A stretch of 64,000 bases of DNA from the human T2T-CHM13v2.0 reference genome, Homo sapiens, in assembly GCF_009914755.1 (NCBI RefSeq), contig NC_060939.1. One strand, written 5' to 3'. Both the position numbers and the translations under genes were made by a program. Positions 45,808 to 62,399 of this stretch are shown piece after piece; the stretch's first letter is position 1, and every line of letters starts with the position of its first letter. The notes beneath the pieces were generated by a model that did not search any database, was not told the origin of the DNA, and was given only the letters and a program-made list of their open reading frames with translations.

Positions 45808-48277
45808 CATCACTGCTGTGGCCTCATATTCTTTTTTCCATTTTCTACAAGAAGCCTTTTAGTATATGAAAATTATTACTCTTTTGGGGGTTTAAAGAAA
45901 TGGTCTGCATAACCTGAATGAAAGAAGCAAATGACTATTCTCTGAAGACAACCAAGAGAAAATTGCAAAAAGAAAAGTATGACTTTTATATGAACCCCTT
46001 CTTTAGGGTCCAAAAGGAATTGTGGACTGAATCACTAGCCTTAGGTCTTTCAGCAAACCGCCTATCAGGGCCATTTATCATATGTGAGATTTGCATTTTA
46101 CTTTGCTGACTTTGTTGTAATAGATCCCATTCATTGTCCCCTTTGGGGTATTTCCAATACTTGAATGGCAGATTGGAGTTTTTCAGAGTATTTGTTTCAT
46201 CTGCTAGTCTTTCTCTCCTTCATAGCTTTCCTTTTCCTGGACTTGCTCCTTTTGAGTTGCTTTTGAGTTTCTCATGCCTAGGTAAGTGTAATAGAAATTA
46301 TGTAGCTCCTTATGTTGGCAAAGGAGCTCTATATAGTTTCACTTTTTATAAAAGTTAGGACCAGCTGTTGTTACATGTAATATTTTAGTTCAGAACTTGA
46401 CCTGAAGGAAGGGAAGAAAAGTATTTGATTTTTACCTTTTTTAACAAATGTGAAAAAGTCAGTTTTAGAAATTTTGTGGTAGTAAGTTTGGCATTTGTTA
46501 CATGTATAGAGAGAAGACTAATAATCTCTATTTATAACTAAATCATTGAGATAGAAAAAGATTCCCATTGACCGTGTATTTCTTCCCATTTTGTCTTCCC
46601 TTCTGCCTGTTTCCCCTTCAGGCTTGGCTCTAGGAACCAAAGTGATTTGTTCTTGTTCCAACCTGGGCTTTGTGACTTTGGTTAGTGCCACTACCTTCTT
46701 CCCTCCTTTCCCCCTTCAATTTGGAAATAAATTTCTGTATATGTTGCAATTTTAGGTTTATTTTTGTTCTTTTGTTTTTCATTAATCCTCTCTCACCTCA
46801 CAGATACCCCCCTCCCATGGCAAATAATATAATAACCAGTGAATTTTTGGGAATTTAAAATTAGCTTTTTTCCACTTAAAGGAGAACAATATTTGGGACT
46901 AGCAGGCGCAGAGTGAGAGACGTGAACCTTGGTGATCTCTGATATAGTGAGAAGAGATTATACTCATGAAAGAGAATGTTAGTGTTACAGAGAAGCAGCC
47001 GATAGGAAATCAACTGTAGAGACTTGGAGGCGGCGGCATTGCTCCAGGTCATCATCAGTGTGGTATTATCTATGAGAACTTGAGCGACAGAGTATTTCTT
47101 GATGAATTTATAGATCATTTGAGATGTTGAGTTACTTTTGTTTTGTTTTCAAATAGGTAGAGACTATTAATGTAAAAAAACAAGAAAGGAAAATGAAATG
47201 TGCGTGTTGAGAGCAATAATTTGTTTCTTTTAAAGATTCTGAAAGATCTGAGACCTGTAGCATTAATTATTTGAGTGCCCTCCCTTCTCCCCTCCCCTCC
47301 CTTTCTCTTCTCTTCTTTCATCTCCTCTCCTTCTCCTTTATTCATTGTTTTGCTTTGGAATAGGTTGTTCAAGTATTTGGTTTGGTTCTGGCATTTTGTT
47401 CCCACCATCCCCTTCCCCCATTAACTTCCCCCCTGCTTGCCATCCTGCAGTAGTATAAATCATGAATAAAAAAATAATTTTGCTGTTGTAGTATACATTG
47501 GGGAAACTAGCAGGGTTTTATTTCCATTATTTTATTCCCACTATATCTATGATAAGATACAATTATAAGGAGAGAAGTGACTGTTTTTTATTGATAAGGC
47601 AAGATTTTCAGAAAAATGAGTAAAATAATTAATGAAACATATTTAGAGCACTTAATGGTCTCTGTTTTCAATATAATTCTTGATTTCATTTTTCTCTGGA
47701 ATATATTGGCCTTCTACAGCTATTACTGAATTACAGAAACTGGTTTATTTCTGTCAGAAAGCTGCAGTGCCACCTGAGTTCCAAATTTTAACATTCTTTG
47801 TAAACGGATGGATTATGATAAAGAAGATGCTACCAATGAAATAGAAAAACAACGAGATGAGAAGACTGTGATCCTCATGCACTCAGAGGCACTTCCCTTC
47901 TAAGTCAAAGACCATTCTCACTGACTATGTGCCAAGGCCTCACTTCAGGCTTGTGACTCAACAAAGGGCTTTTCCATTGATAGAAGCAGTTTGGGATTTG
48001 TAGCTACAACTTCTTCGATAGTTACCTGCATGTCCATTGCTGGCAGCTGACTTCAGTCATTAAAACCTGGCTCTTTGGTTAAGGGAGCTACACTGTGGTT
48101 TATTCTTAAGTTACATGGATAAACTAACCTCTAGCAGAAATATAGTTTGGTTAATTTTGAGATGTGTCATTTTTAAACAAAATCTTAAAAGCAATACAGA
48201 ATTGTGATTTATTAATTTTAAATTAAAACATTGAGAACTTGTTGAAAGAAAAATTATATCTGAATCAAGATTCATGT

Positions 48278-48594
48278 TTTTTATTTTTTATTTTTATTTT
48301 TTTTTTTTTTTGATACAGAGTCTCACTCTGTCACTTAGGCTGGAGCGCAGTGGCATGATCTCAGCTCACTGCAACCTCCGCTTCCTGGGTTCAAGCAATT
48401 CTCATGCCTCAGCCTCCTGAGTAGCTGAGACCACAGGTGTGTGCCACCACACCCAGCTAATTTTTTGTATTTTTAGTAGAGACAGAGTCTCACCATGTTG
48501 CCCAGGCTTGTCTCCAACTCCTGAGCTCAGGCAATCTGCCCACCTTGGCCTCCCAAAGTGCTACAATTACAGGCACGAGCCACTACACCTGGCC
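48278..48594 (-). mobile_element. Alu within the PAK2-derived 3'UTR
   Basis: Reverse dimer; TSD tcatgtttttt. Confidence 0.95.
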
Positions 48595-49988
48595 TCATGT
48601 TTTTTAAATAATTGCCTTTTATATTTACCCTTTTTGTCATCACTTTAGAATGAAAATTCCCATTTAAATCTAAAAGTTACTTTAATAGTCCTCTTGTGTT
48701 ATTAGGACAGTGTTACTATAGTACTTATTTATTATATTTTAGACTTTTTCTTTTTTCTTCTGCTGCTTTTAGGGACAGTTAAAACTGGGAAACTATGAAA
48801 CATGGAACATTTTATCCTACCTAGAATAGTAAATGAGTAATTGTGAAGCGTAAGACACCGAGGCTAATACAACTCTGTCTTCATGTGTCGAGTGCCTGGC
48901 ACATAGTACTAATTCTCTTCCCTTTAACATATAAATGTTAAGCTGCTTAGAGTCTAGTAACCACCAACTGTAAATGAGCCTGTGCCTTTAACAAGAAATT
49001 TTAAACTACCTATGAGTATTTCTTTATAGGGCTCACTTAAATACGTTTGTATATACTGTATTCTAGCCAGAATAATTTTAGATCTGATCAGGTAGTAGCT
49101 AAAATTAGAAAAAAACAAAATAGATGCTTAAAGAATTTGCATCCATTTTTGAGTCTAAATCTTTTTAAATATACTGAGATCCACATCTAGTGAAATGTCA
49201 GTGTCAAAATATTATAGATTATAGCTAAAATCCAGATTAATACTCATTTGGGGTTTTTTATAGTGGAACTTCATAGTAATACAAGAAGCAGATTGTCTTC
49301 CTGTCTCTGCTGCTCCCACAGTAGGTATTGAAACTGGTGAAATCAGTTTTTTGATAGTGTGTGTATATAAGAAAAAATATATACACACATTCTTTTTTCT
49401 CAGTCAACACACTGATTGAACACTCTGGCAAAGATGCTGTGGTAGACGAGGTTGGAGTTAGAAAGAAGAAGCAAGCACTGGCCTGGCCTTGAAAGAACGG
49501 AAGTCTTTCCCATTCACTTCTCTAGAATGCTGCCAAGACAGAGGCAGAAAGAAATGGATGATAATTCTGTCAAGCACACTTCTATTCTTTATTAAGAGAA
49601 GCAATTATGTTTGGAATTCAGCATCTTTGGTTGGAACGCATTGGCTTTTTTTTCTTGTTGTGATAGAAATGGAATTAAGTAAAATTATAGTTTGTCTTTT
49701 CTGTTGTCTTCAAATTTTATAATGTCTTTTATTTTTAATTTAATCCCATTCAATTATTTAATTGTTATACATTGACATTAACTGCTGTATTTTATGACTT
49801 TGTTCAATAATTTTGTTCTTTCAGGGCTAGAAATAAACTTTTTTAAGAAATGTGCATTTTTCCCTTTCCTAAACTTTTATTCTTTCTTTTGATCAGAATA
49901 GCATAAAAGAATAGTTAAATGTCTTAATAGGTTTTCAAAGAACATTCTAGTATCTTTAGTGATAAATGTTTTAAACCTTTAAAAAAAA

Positions 49989-51300
<1,312 letters not shown>

Positions 51301-51903
51301 CCTATATTTATCCTGGTAATGTCTCACTTCTTAAAAGGAACATATACTGCAGAATCATGAAAATTCATGCCTAGAATAGACTTTAAAGATATCTTGTCCA
51401 CTCATCTCTTTTGCAAACCAGTAAACTAAGCCCAATATTAAAATACCCAAGGTTATGCATCCATGGCTCAAAATTAAGAGTTTTTGACTCCCAGATCGGC
51501 ATTCTTCCAATTCAAAATATAAAATCAAATTCTGAAAATAAGTAGCAGCTAACTCTATAGTAACCTCCTACTTGAGCCTAATAATTTATGTACTGAATGC
51601 TTCTCTTTCAGTCTGTGTGGTTTACATGCACGTATATACATATTCTTTCCCTAAGAGTTTTGTCTAGCATATGCTGTGTTTAAATTCAAATGAATTAATT
51701 TTTAAAATCAGTACCCCTTTAGGTAAATGAAGCTATCTCTGTTGTCAAAAGATCAAAGACAAGCTACATATTTAAACATTATATATTCAAATTATTTAAC
51801 AACTGTTATGATACAGGCACCACACAGCCGTCAGACACTGGCGCAATCAAACCGGGCAACAGCCATTCTGGTGTAAACATCTGTGGGAAACAAAAATAGC
51901 CCA

Positions 51904-52208
51904 GGCCGGGCGCAGTGGCTCACGCCTGTCATCCCAGTACTTTGGAAGTCCAAGGCGGGCAGATCACCTGAGATTGGGAGTCTGAGACCAGCCTGACCAA
52001 CATGGAGAAACCCCATCTCTACTAAAAATACAAAATTAGCCGGGCGTGGTGCCGCATGCCTGTAATCCCAGCTACTCGGGAGGCTGAGTCAGAAGAATTG
52101 CTTGATCCCGGGAGGCGGAGGTTGCGGAAAGCCGAGATCGTACCGTTGCCCTCCAGCCTGGGCAACGAGTGAAAATCTGTCTCAAAAAAAAAAAAAAAAA
52201 AAAAAAAA
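51904..52208 (+). mobile_element. Alu (AluSp-like)
   Basis: cctgaccaacatggagaaac; long poly(A). Confidence 0.95.
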
Positions 52209-52454
52209 GTCTGCCTTGCCCAAAGCTTAAATATGCTGTCATATCTTCAAAAAGATAAGAATATCTTACCTGAAAATTTCATCTATACTAAACTCAATTT
52301 CCTACTAATGAACAGTTTGTCAAATACATTTTTGTTTTTACTATGGGTCTCGTTGTTAATGAATATGACATTATAATAATCTGACATAATACTGACATCA
52401 TAGTTTAACTGTATGAATAAATGGTGTTTTCACATATAGAGCAAGAATATATAC

Positions 52455-52780
52455 ATTCACTCCACAAGTATTTACTGAATGCCTTCTACTTCAGGTATTT
52501 CCCTAAATGCTGGGAGTGCTTCAAAACAGATTTGATTCTTGCTTTCATGGAGTTCACGATCTATGAGTGAGACAGACATTAATCAAGTAAACAGGTGATA
52601 ATACAATTTTAAATTGTGAACAGAACAAGGTGCTATAAAGTAGAATGACAGGGTGAGGGGTGTTCAGTCTATAAATTAGATGGTCAGAAATGGCCTTTCT
52701 GGTGAACATGACATTTTCATTTGATCGGATTAAGAAGTCAACCTTGTGAAAGTAGGGAACAAGTTCTCCAGCCAGAGTGA
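52455..52780 (-). mobile_element. L2 fragment
   Basis: cattcactccacaagtatttactgaatgcc...ctttcatggagttcac. Confidence 0.65.
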
Positions 52781-53412
52781 GCTGTTTCTTACTAATGTGA
52801 CTGGCTTTGTTTTATCAAAATGAATCATAATGTTTAGTTGGTACTTCATCAGTACTCAATACATATTTACTTATTGAATCTAATGATTAGATTCTGCATG
52901 CTCTTCCATCTCTCTTATAAAAGGGCTTCGTGTTGGACTATGGTACAATTAGGCACTTTAAGAAACAACAAAATATTTTGAAGTAAGTTCTACGTATTTA
53001 TTTGCCACTAACACACTGACTGTAAAAGATATGAAGCATATATACAGAAATTACCATAACCACATATATATGCAATTAACCTTTTATATAGCTGTGTCTT
53101 TATGGTTTCCATCTTTTCTCCCCCCACCTCTGAAAATGTTTACAATTTGTAATCTCCCTCTCAGTACTGCCTGTAATGATATGGAATGATACCCATCCAG
53201 AGGAAGGGGTTGTAAGGGGTCACAGAGGTTTGCATTAGAAGGAGTAAAGTTTGAAAACCTTCCCCACACATTCAGTTATGCCCTCTTCTAGGGCATATCC
53301 TTCCGCTTTTCACTTAGGAATTATTCTGGTCTTTTTAGATGTCATACTTCCATAAATCTGCACAGTATATTCATTCATCTCCACTAGCGAAAAGTTCCAC
53401 ATTTTATATTAA

Positions 53413-53768
<356 letters not shown>

Positions 53769-54343
53769 TGATATAAGAGTTAAGAAGAAATTAGTTAGGC
53801 AGATAGTGAGGGTACAGGAGTCCTTGGTAAGTTTTACCTTTTAATTAAAAGCAGCCCTCAAATCATTTATTTTCCTAACAAAGAGCAGACTGTAAAATGA
53901 AGTTGCAGACGTAGGCAAGCGAGGTGGAAGCCTGCACAGGCAAATGCGTGAAGTTGTGCCAATAGGAAAATACTACCTGGAACTACATGTTCAAAACGAG
54001 AGCTCTATCTTCCCTTCTCTTTGCCAGCCACGTGTACAGTAAAGAGTAGACGAGATGGCGCTGAGCAAGTGGAAAGCCCATTTGCGTAAGATTAGGGTGG
54101 GGCAACCAGCCTTCCCAGCGCCCTGTAAACTTCACACCTGATCAAACCCATCTGTGGCCCCCACGTAAATCAGACACCAACTCCTCAAGCCTGCCTCCCT
54201 GCTGCTGCCAGCTGTTCCCTTTTGGTCTCTCTCTGTCTCTGACTCTGTCTCTGTGTCTCTCTCCCCTCCCCCCTCGCCTTTCTCTTCTGTCTCTCTCTCC
54301 TCTCACTTCTCTCTCTCTTTCTCCTCTCTCTCACAAGAGAGAG
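53769..54343 (+). mobile_element. ERV1-class LTR (MER61/MER83-like), apparently 3'-truncated, with a (CT)-rich tract
   Basis: Begins TGATATAAGAGTTAAGAAGAAATTAGTTAGGCAGATAGTGAGGG; subfamily from recall. Confidence 0.7.
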
Positions 54344-56544
54344 ATTGCATTATCATCCAATGTCGTTCAAGAAATAGAACGTTTATTGTGTACGTTTTAC
54401 AAGTTCAGCACTGTGCTAGCCTCTGTGGGGATTCCCAAAGCAGAAAGTAGACGGGTGCCATAGGATGCGCAGAAGGAAGCGCTGGTGTAGGTGTGGTCCA
54501 CCGATGATGGGAAAGGAAACGGAGCTTGCCTTGGTGTCATTACCAACAGGTTTGTGATATGTATACATTTCTGGATGCAGTATGGTTAAACAGGGGCATT
54601 TAAAAGAGCCCCCACCGCAGAGGGTGAAAATGTAGACCAAAAAAAAAAAGTTCATTAAAAAGCAAATTTTCACTAGTGGCTCTGTAACTATGAATTTAAA
54701 TTTTAAATTTCCTGATAACTTTTCAACCATGAAGACTGAGAGCCTGGCCGAATTATTTGGTTCTCTGCCCAAAGACTGGTAATAGAGTCGCATGGAATAA
54801 TTTTTTCTCCTCTTTAAAGATGAATCAGAGGAGGCTGGGTTTCACTGAACATTTCTGAAGATTTTCCACACCACAAAGCCCTCCAGGCACAGCTCAGCAT
54901 TTTGTAGACCAGCATTAAATCTTAAAAGAAGTAAAATGCTGCCCTCTCGTGGCCCATGTACAAAACTGATGAAAACAGTATTGTTCCTTCCTGTTATTGA
55001 AAAGCAGCCAAGTCCAAAGCAGAGAGCAGCAGTATTTAGATTTTAAATGAGTTTGCAAATAAAAAGACGAGAGTACCTTAATATGACATGAGTAAACCTT
55101 TCAGGAAATAAAATTTTGAACCAGATCAGATCAAAGTGTTCCAAAATGGGGCTTAATACTGTAATTACCACCATGACTCTGCATATATGCAGATTTTCCC
55201 CCAGGGAGCTCAAACTTTGACTCAAAATCCAGTAATCTTGAATCCTGGTCTAATCCTTACCATCTAAAGAAAGCACACTTATTTAGAGTAATTGTTCAAT
55301 AGAAAATTTATCAGGTCCTTCCTCATCCTGCCCCCAGCCAGATGTGTTCTCTTCCTGCTCTGAATTCCAGTAAGACATAATGCTACATGTATATGGGTCT
55401 CTTTTTCTGTCCACAAGTAATAGTTTTAGAACCTTTGTGGCCTCTAAGATGGGCATGACACATGGTGCATGCTTAAGAAGTGTTTGAATAAATTAATGAA
55501 TAAATAAATGGGAATTAAATGATGAATAAATGTATAGCTGTGATAAATATTCCCTATTTCCCTTATTTAAGCAAAAAAAAAAAAAATACTATTTGTTGTG
55601 CAAATACCAATGCCTGTAAGGCTTGTTGCACTGGCTCAGAGGCCATGTGACATATCTTTGAAAACAGTCAGGAAGGCAAGAGTGGCTCCAAATCAAGCCT
55701 GGGTGCATTGCTGTACTTTGTGGACATCAGGAATGGGCACTCTGGCTCTGCCTACTCCTGGATAGGCCCTACAAGGATTATACAGGTTCTGACACATAAA
55801 AGCAGGGGAGAAGAATACCTGAGAAACAGATTAAGGCAGGGTTCCTCACCCCACTGCCCACAGGAAATTCTCTTCAGTGGGCCACAGAGCTAAATGTACA
55901 AGCCAAATGCTTCCTGAAAGGTGGGTGCAGATGTAGTAAACAATAGCCTATGTAAGCACCACTGAACCACATCAGTCTAGAAGTTTCTGTTTCTGATTCA
56001 GGCACTGATCCCAGGTCAGGTGCTCTGTGAGTGCTAGCTGGGAGTGGTGGTGATGGTGGTGGTTGAGATATGACAACACATAACAATATTAGATGCCTAT
56101 TAGGTTCAGGCTGTAAATGACTCCTGCTTGCCCTTGGACAAGCAAGCTGGGAATGTGTGAATGTCAGCAGTGGGTATTTATACTTGGCTCCAGACTTCTC
56201 CAGACAAGTTCTTACTTGTTCCCCTCCACCAGTGGTTGCTTGAGCCTTTCTGCTGTTTAGCCTCATTCCTTTAAGCTGTGAACCAGACTCCTATTTTGAG
56301 TACTTTTATGGATAACTTGATTCAGTCACAATGCAACAGACTCCAGGACAGCTTTTTTTGTCTCTGTCTCTGGCTCCCAGCACCACAGCGTAAATTTAAA
56401 AAAAAAAAAAAAGACTCCCTGCTGTGCACTTCTTGGGCACTGTGACAGCTGAAGGACAAGCCTGCCTTTCAGCCAGGATTCCATTTCCCTAGAGAATATT
56501 AGGTATTGGACGAGATAGGAGATGAGAGGTAAAAATGAACACTG

Positions 56545-56559
56545 GCGTGCGCGCACGCG

Positions 56560-56600
<41 letters not shown>
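56545..56600. repeat. (CG)n(CA)n alternating purine-pyrimidine tract
   Basis: gcgtgcgcgcacgcgcgcgcgcgc followed by (AC)n. Confidence 0.95.
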
Positions 56601-56602
<2 letters not shown>

Positions 56603-56865
56603 CTAATTGCCAAACTTCTCTAAAGGATGCTTGAGACCTGTCCCACTTTCTTTAGCATTTACTAATTCCTTGACTTCCTCTGACCACAATACCCAGGCCT
56701 CTCTCTTATGGAGTTCTAGTGGCCCCCTTGCTGAACATCATGGTCTTCTCTCAGTTCTTATTCTCTTTGACATCTTGCCAACATCTCACTTTTCTGACAA
56801 CCTCAATTGCCTGTTCCTGGAACAGTCTTCTAATTTTCCTCCCAAGACTAATCACAAGTTAGTAA

Positions 56866-57225
<360 letters not shown>

Positions 57226-57501
57226 TAAATATTTATTGCTTCTAAATTAAACGTTTAATACATATTCACAAAATATAGAGACATGATCTCATTTAGAGAT
57301 CCAAATGTGAAGCCTGTGTGACTGTGAAGGCCCCCTGTGATGGGGCCGTTGTAATAGGTTTCTCTTACCTCTCTACCTGGCTTTCACATCTCCTTCAGTA
57401 ACTCTCTTCCTCTTCTTGCTGCAAGACTGGGTCCTCAATCCCCATCTCTCTCCACTTACTTCCCCTTTGCCTACAAATCCTGCCTTCTAGCTCCAGTTGT
57501 C

Positions 57502-57905
<404 letters not shown>

Positions 57906-58351
57906 TAAATCTTACCATTTGCAAACTGAACACATCATCCTCCCTCTGGTTGGCAAACTAGCTTTTCTCTTTCTCCTATCTCAAATCTTATCTCAGCAGA
58001 AGCCAAGGGTTCCATATAGGGCTATCTGTAGAGAAGAGGGTGCTCATCCTATTTCAGCTTTCAGAATTGTGATGGGTTATGGTGTTCTGAGACAGAGAAA
58101 TCAATTTGAAGGAATTTGACAGAATATTATAGCTAGTTATAATGGGTTGGATAGTAAGCTGTTAGACCTTCCCAGAAAAGAAGTTCTCGAAGTAAAAGGC
58201 AGAGTTCTGACCTTTTATATAGAAACCGGTGCAATGGTTATGGGTGGAGGGGCAGCTGTTAAGGATGTCCAGTTTAGACATCTCTTAGCAAACTGGAAAG
58301 CTATCTCCTTCATGCCTATACCCAAGACCCATTTGTTAATTACATGCATGT

Positions 58352-58703
58352 TGTCTTAGTCCATTCGTGCTCCTATAACAAAATACCACAGACTATTTTA
58401 TAAAGAAAAAAAAATTACTTTCTCACAGTTTCAGTGGCTGGAAAATACAAGGTCAAGGCTCTAGGCATTTGATCTAGTGAGGGCCTTCTTGCTGCATCCT
58501 CACATGGCATAAGGTGGAAGGGCAACTAGCCAAGCATTGCGGGACGCCTCTTTTGTAAGGGCTTTTTAACTCCATTAGCCAGGAAGAGACTGTAAGGCCT
58601 AATCACCTCTTAAAGACCATCTTAATACCTATCTTAATCACTTCTTAATACCATCATATTGGCAATGATTGAACTTTGGAGGGGACACATTCAAATCATA
58701 ACA
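58352..58703 (-). mobile_element. MaLR solo LTR (MST/MLT1A-like)
   Basis: TG...CA ends; tgtcttagtccatt...ggggacacattcaaatcataaca; 5-bp TSD catgt/tatgt. Confidence 0.85.
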
Positions 58704-61606
58704 TATGTTGTAATAAGCTGCAAAATGTAAGTTTTAATAGAATAAACTTTTGTTTACCTCTATCATTCATTCACTCTATGAGATTTTTGCAGTAAAGTTT
58801 TATCCCAATATTATAACGATCTCTCAGGAAATCTCTTTATGTTCTGAGATCATCTGACAGCACCATGTACAATCTGTCCTTCTCATAGGAGCAGATGAAA
58901 TCAACCAGTGGTATTGATGGTTATCTTTTCTTAAGCCGGTTATTGCAGGCATCTGTCTGTCTCTTTGTGGAAGACTCCATGCACACTACCACAGGAAGGA
59001 GATCTTGTGATGTAGGCAACTTCCTGGTTAAAGCTCTTGTCAGTTTAAACATGATTACTTACTTTCTGACGTTTGCACTAAGTAGAAAAATATGCTCCTT
59101 AGAGTCCTAATGAGTATCTACTTTAACCTACCCCAAATGAGGTAAGATCATTGGATATCAGAATTGGAACACAATTTATGTCCTGAAAAAAATAATGAGA
59201 AAGATCAAATAAGAGTTATGTAATCTTACTGCAAAAACCTAGCTGTAGGAAATAGATACCTTCTATCATCTGTCCCAAAAGATGGAGTTGTCTGAGCCAC
59301 TAATCCAATTCTAGGGATCCAGATGATTCAGGTAATTCATGAATCCCATCTTCAGACAGAAGGCAAGAGCAGTGCATGAGATATCTCAGTAGCATGACAT
59401 TCCATTTTATAGGAGCTAAGGGGAAACTGAAACTCTGTGTAGAGTCTCTGTCTCTTAGTTTACTGAAATTTATCTTTCATTGTAATAAAAAAGATCTGAC
59501 CCAAAGGAAAAAAAACATTGTCAAAAATTTTGGTATTTCTCAAGGCACCTGAACAAATATACCATAGCCATCTAGGGTTATATTGTCACCACCAGTTGTG
59601 TAATTAAAACAAAAAAAAACTTTAAAATTAAGTATCAGCAAGATATAATTAAGAAGAAGAATGTCCTTTTATGTGTGACAAATCATAAATAAATGTATGT
59701 AAATACTTAAAGACTAAAGCTAAGTTATTTGTAAACTATTCATTTTTAAATGATTTGTACAAACATTCCTCTAGGATATGACATTTAAAAATAAAATGTG
59801 ATTCTATTTATAAAGTCTGTATTAAGCGGAATACTGTATTAAATAAATATATCTAATATGAATGGAATTAGAACTAAATTTTAGTTTGCACAATAGATAT
59901 CTGTCCAAAAAACTTAAGATTACAGAAAAGGCTACAATGGCTGACTTCCTTTGGCAAATGGTGGCATACTGCAAGAAAATTTTATCAGAAAATTTTTGTT
60001 TTGTCCTTATTTTAACCTGAGAAAGCTTATAATTCAATTCCCCTTACAAATATATCATAATAAAGATTAGGTGAATTTACCTTGTAAGAGGAAAATTGGA
60101 AAAGAGGAAATATCATATAATTTGTAACAACATTTGCAAGGAAAATTCTATAATATGTGTCAAATATATTTAGTAAAACCAGAGTTTATTGTTTACCATG
60201 TAGCTAGAAGTCCTAATATATTTCTTTGCTCTTTTTTCCTATTTTTAATATTAATATAATCTGTTCCTAAAAACTGCCCAAGTCTTCACCAGCCAACTTA
60301 AGGTGATTTTGTGACACCCCATTAAGTTATCATTTATCCTCATTGATCTCATCACCTGCAAACTTTTCAAAGATACTGATACTCTACCTGTCCTTCCTAA
60401 ATTACTACAGTTCCCTTCATCCCAGTTTCTACTACTACTAGTCGTTTGAAACCTGCTTATGAAGATTGTCACTAATAACCTAATCCCCAAATCAAACCAC
60501 CTTTCTCTCTCCCTTTATCTCAGTCAAGTTTAATCAAATTTAGCCCTATTAATGTTCCTCTTTTTCCTTGAAATTTATTCTTTAGGTGTTTTATTCTAGC
60601 TTATCCCCCGCATTTCTTTTTGACAGCTCATTTTCAATCTCTACCTCTTCTGCACACTAAGGGCTTTTCTTTGGTTCTGACTTTTCCTCTTATTCACAAT
60701 TGACGGTTCACATGACCTCGTTCTGTATTTCCTCTCTCTCATTTTCCCAGGCTTAAACACTTGGAGAGATTTTCTCTTAACACTCCTATAAAAATGTGAG
60801 TTTATCTAATGGAGATTTAATAAAGCAAATGCTCTCTCCACAAAGAGATATCGCTGGACCACTAAAAATTCAACAATGTTCTCAACTAAATTTTCTCCAT
60901 TTGTATTATTAAGGGAGACTAACTAAACCCACAGTTCTCCACAATGACAACTGCCCTTACAGATTTGCTTAAAAAAAGTAGTCCATATATTCGCTAAAAT
61001 CTAGAGGGTATTTAATAATATGAGTGCAACTCTTTTCTCCTTTAGGGTATGGACAGGAACGTTCATTCGAAGTCAAGGCAGATGCCTAAAATATTGCAGT
61101 AAGACAATCTTCTCATTGTCTGTAGCAGATACAGACACTGGTTACTTCTCCCCCAAATTCACTCATACGATACTGAACTAATGCTATGTTAAAGCAGAAA
61201 TATGCAAGAATGTACTCAATAAATAAGGTCCCTTAGTTGTGGTGGTAAAATGTGAAGGGAAACTCAGGCAGTAAACAAGATCAGAGAAAAAAAGGAGGCA
61301 AGACAATCATAGTTGACAATAGATCTGTTCTTAGTTTCAGTTTTGTCACCAATATCTCAGAAACCCAGAAGCAAAGGATGTATGGCTAATTCTACCTGAG
61401 AACTTCAGTGTGACTCCATTTTGATGCAATCAAAACTTGAACTCATCTTCCAAGATTGAAAGCAATGGTCCCCCTACATACTACATACCACTGTCATTAT
61501 CATTGTCATTTCTCCTTAAAATCATTTCATCCCCCATTGTATGTTCTATTTGTGAATATCTTCCTTGGTCCATGAATCTGCCTTCACTCTCCGTATTCTT
61601 CTTCAG

Positions 61607-61810
61607 ACCTAGACAGTATGCTCTTAAGAACTGAGTAACTTCATTCAGGATATGGCCACTACTATGAAGATGACTTTTGGACAAAGGACTGGTTTTAGGA
61701 ATCCTGAAAGTTTCTGGGAGACTTTACCAGTCTTATTTCTGCAAGTCATGATTACCACACATTTTGTAGCTAAACAATTGCTGTTCCTACACTGTAAGAT
61801 CATCATCTTG
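61607..61810 (+). other. Candidate 204-nt exon
   Basis: Acceptor ttcttcttcag| and donor TTG|gtaagt in non-repeat sequence. Confidence 0.35.
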
Positions 61811-62399
61811 GTAAGTGACATTTTCATCAGTATGGGTTATTCTTTCATTCCATAATATCCTATGACCCAGACTAGGCCTTTGGGTTCTAGTTCACCCTTA
61901 GATATTTATGTTTTATGTTCTCCTATGATGGTTAATTTATCTTAAGCATATCTCAGTCCCCAAAAAAATGCTTAATTTTTTTTATATTTTTAAATGACTG
62001 TCACAGCAGCATTATTCAGAATAGTTAAAAAGTAGAAGCAACCCAGGTATCCATCAGCGAATTCAGATTAAAAAATTCTGCAGGCAACCAAACTTTTAGT
62101 CAAGTGAGAGGACATCAGAAAATGCAAGTATCCATTTACCATTCATGGGGGAAATAATTCTTTGATACTTGAGAAAATACCACAGCTGACTAAAAGAATA
62201 AATAAAACTGTTACATCTCAAGAGGTAATATGATATTAAAAATTGATTATGTGTACTGCACCCATTAAAATTCACATTAATAAATAATTACTAGTTTTTA
62301 ACATCAATATGTTACATAATTCTTGTATCAAATATATTTCTTGGGAAAGAAAATAAACAAAATAAAAAATAATATTTTTAATACCAGGAATTTGACCTA

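Larger units (their letters stand above)
44150..49988 (+). pseudogene. PAK2: PAK2 processed pseudogene: ~90 nt of 5'UTR, full CDS, ~4.2-kb 3'UTR, A8 tail
   Basis: Intronless; two ORFs together reproduce PAK2 from [13 protein letters not shown] to [10 protein letters not shown]; +1 frameshift in A7 at 44970-44976; the 3'UTR end is inferred from the A-tail and the switch to L1M sequence. Confidence 0.97.
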
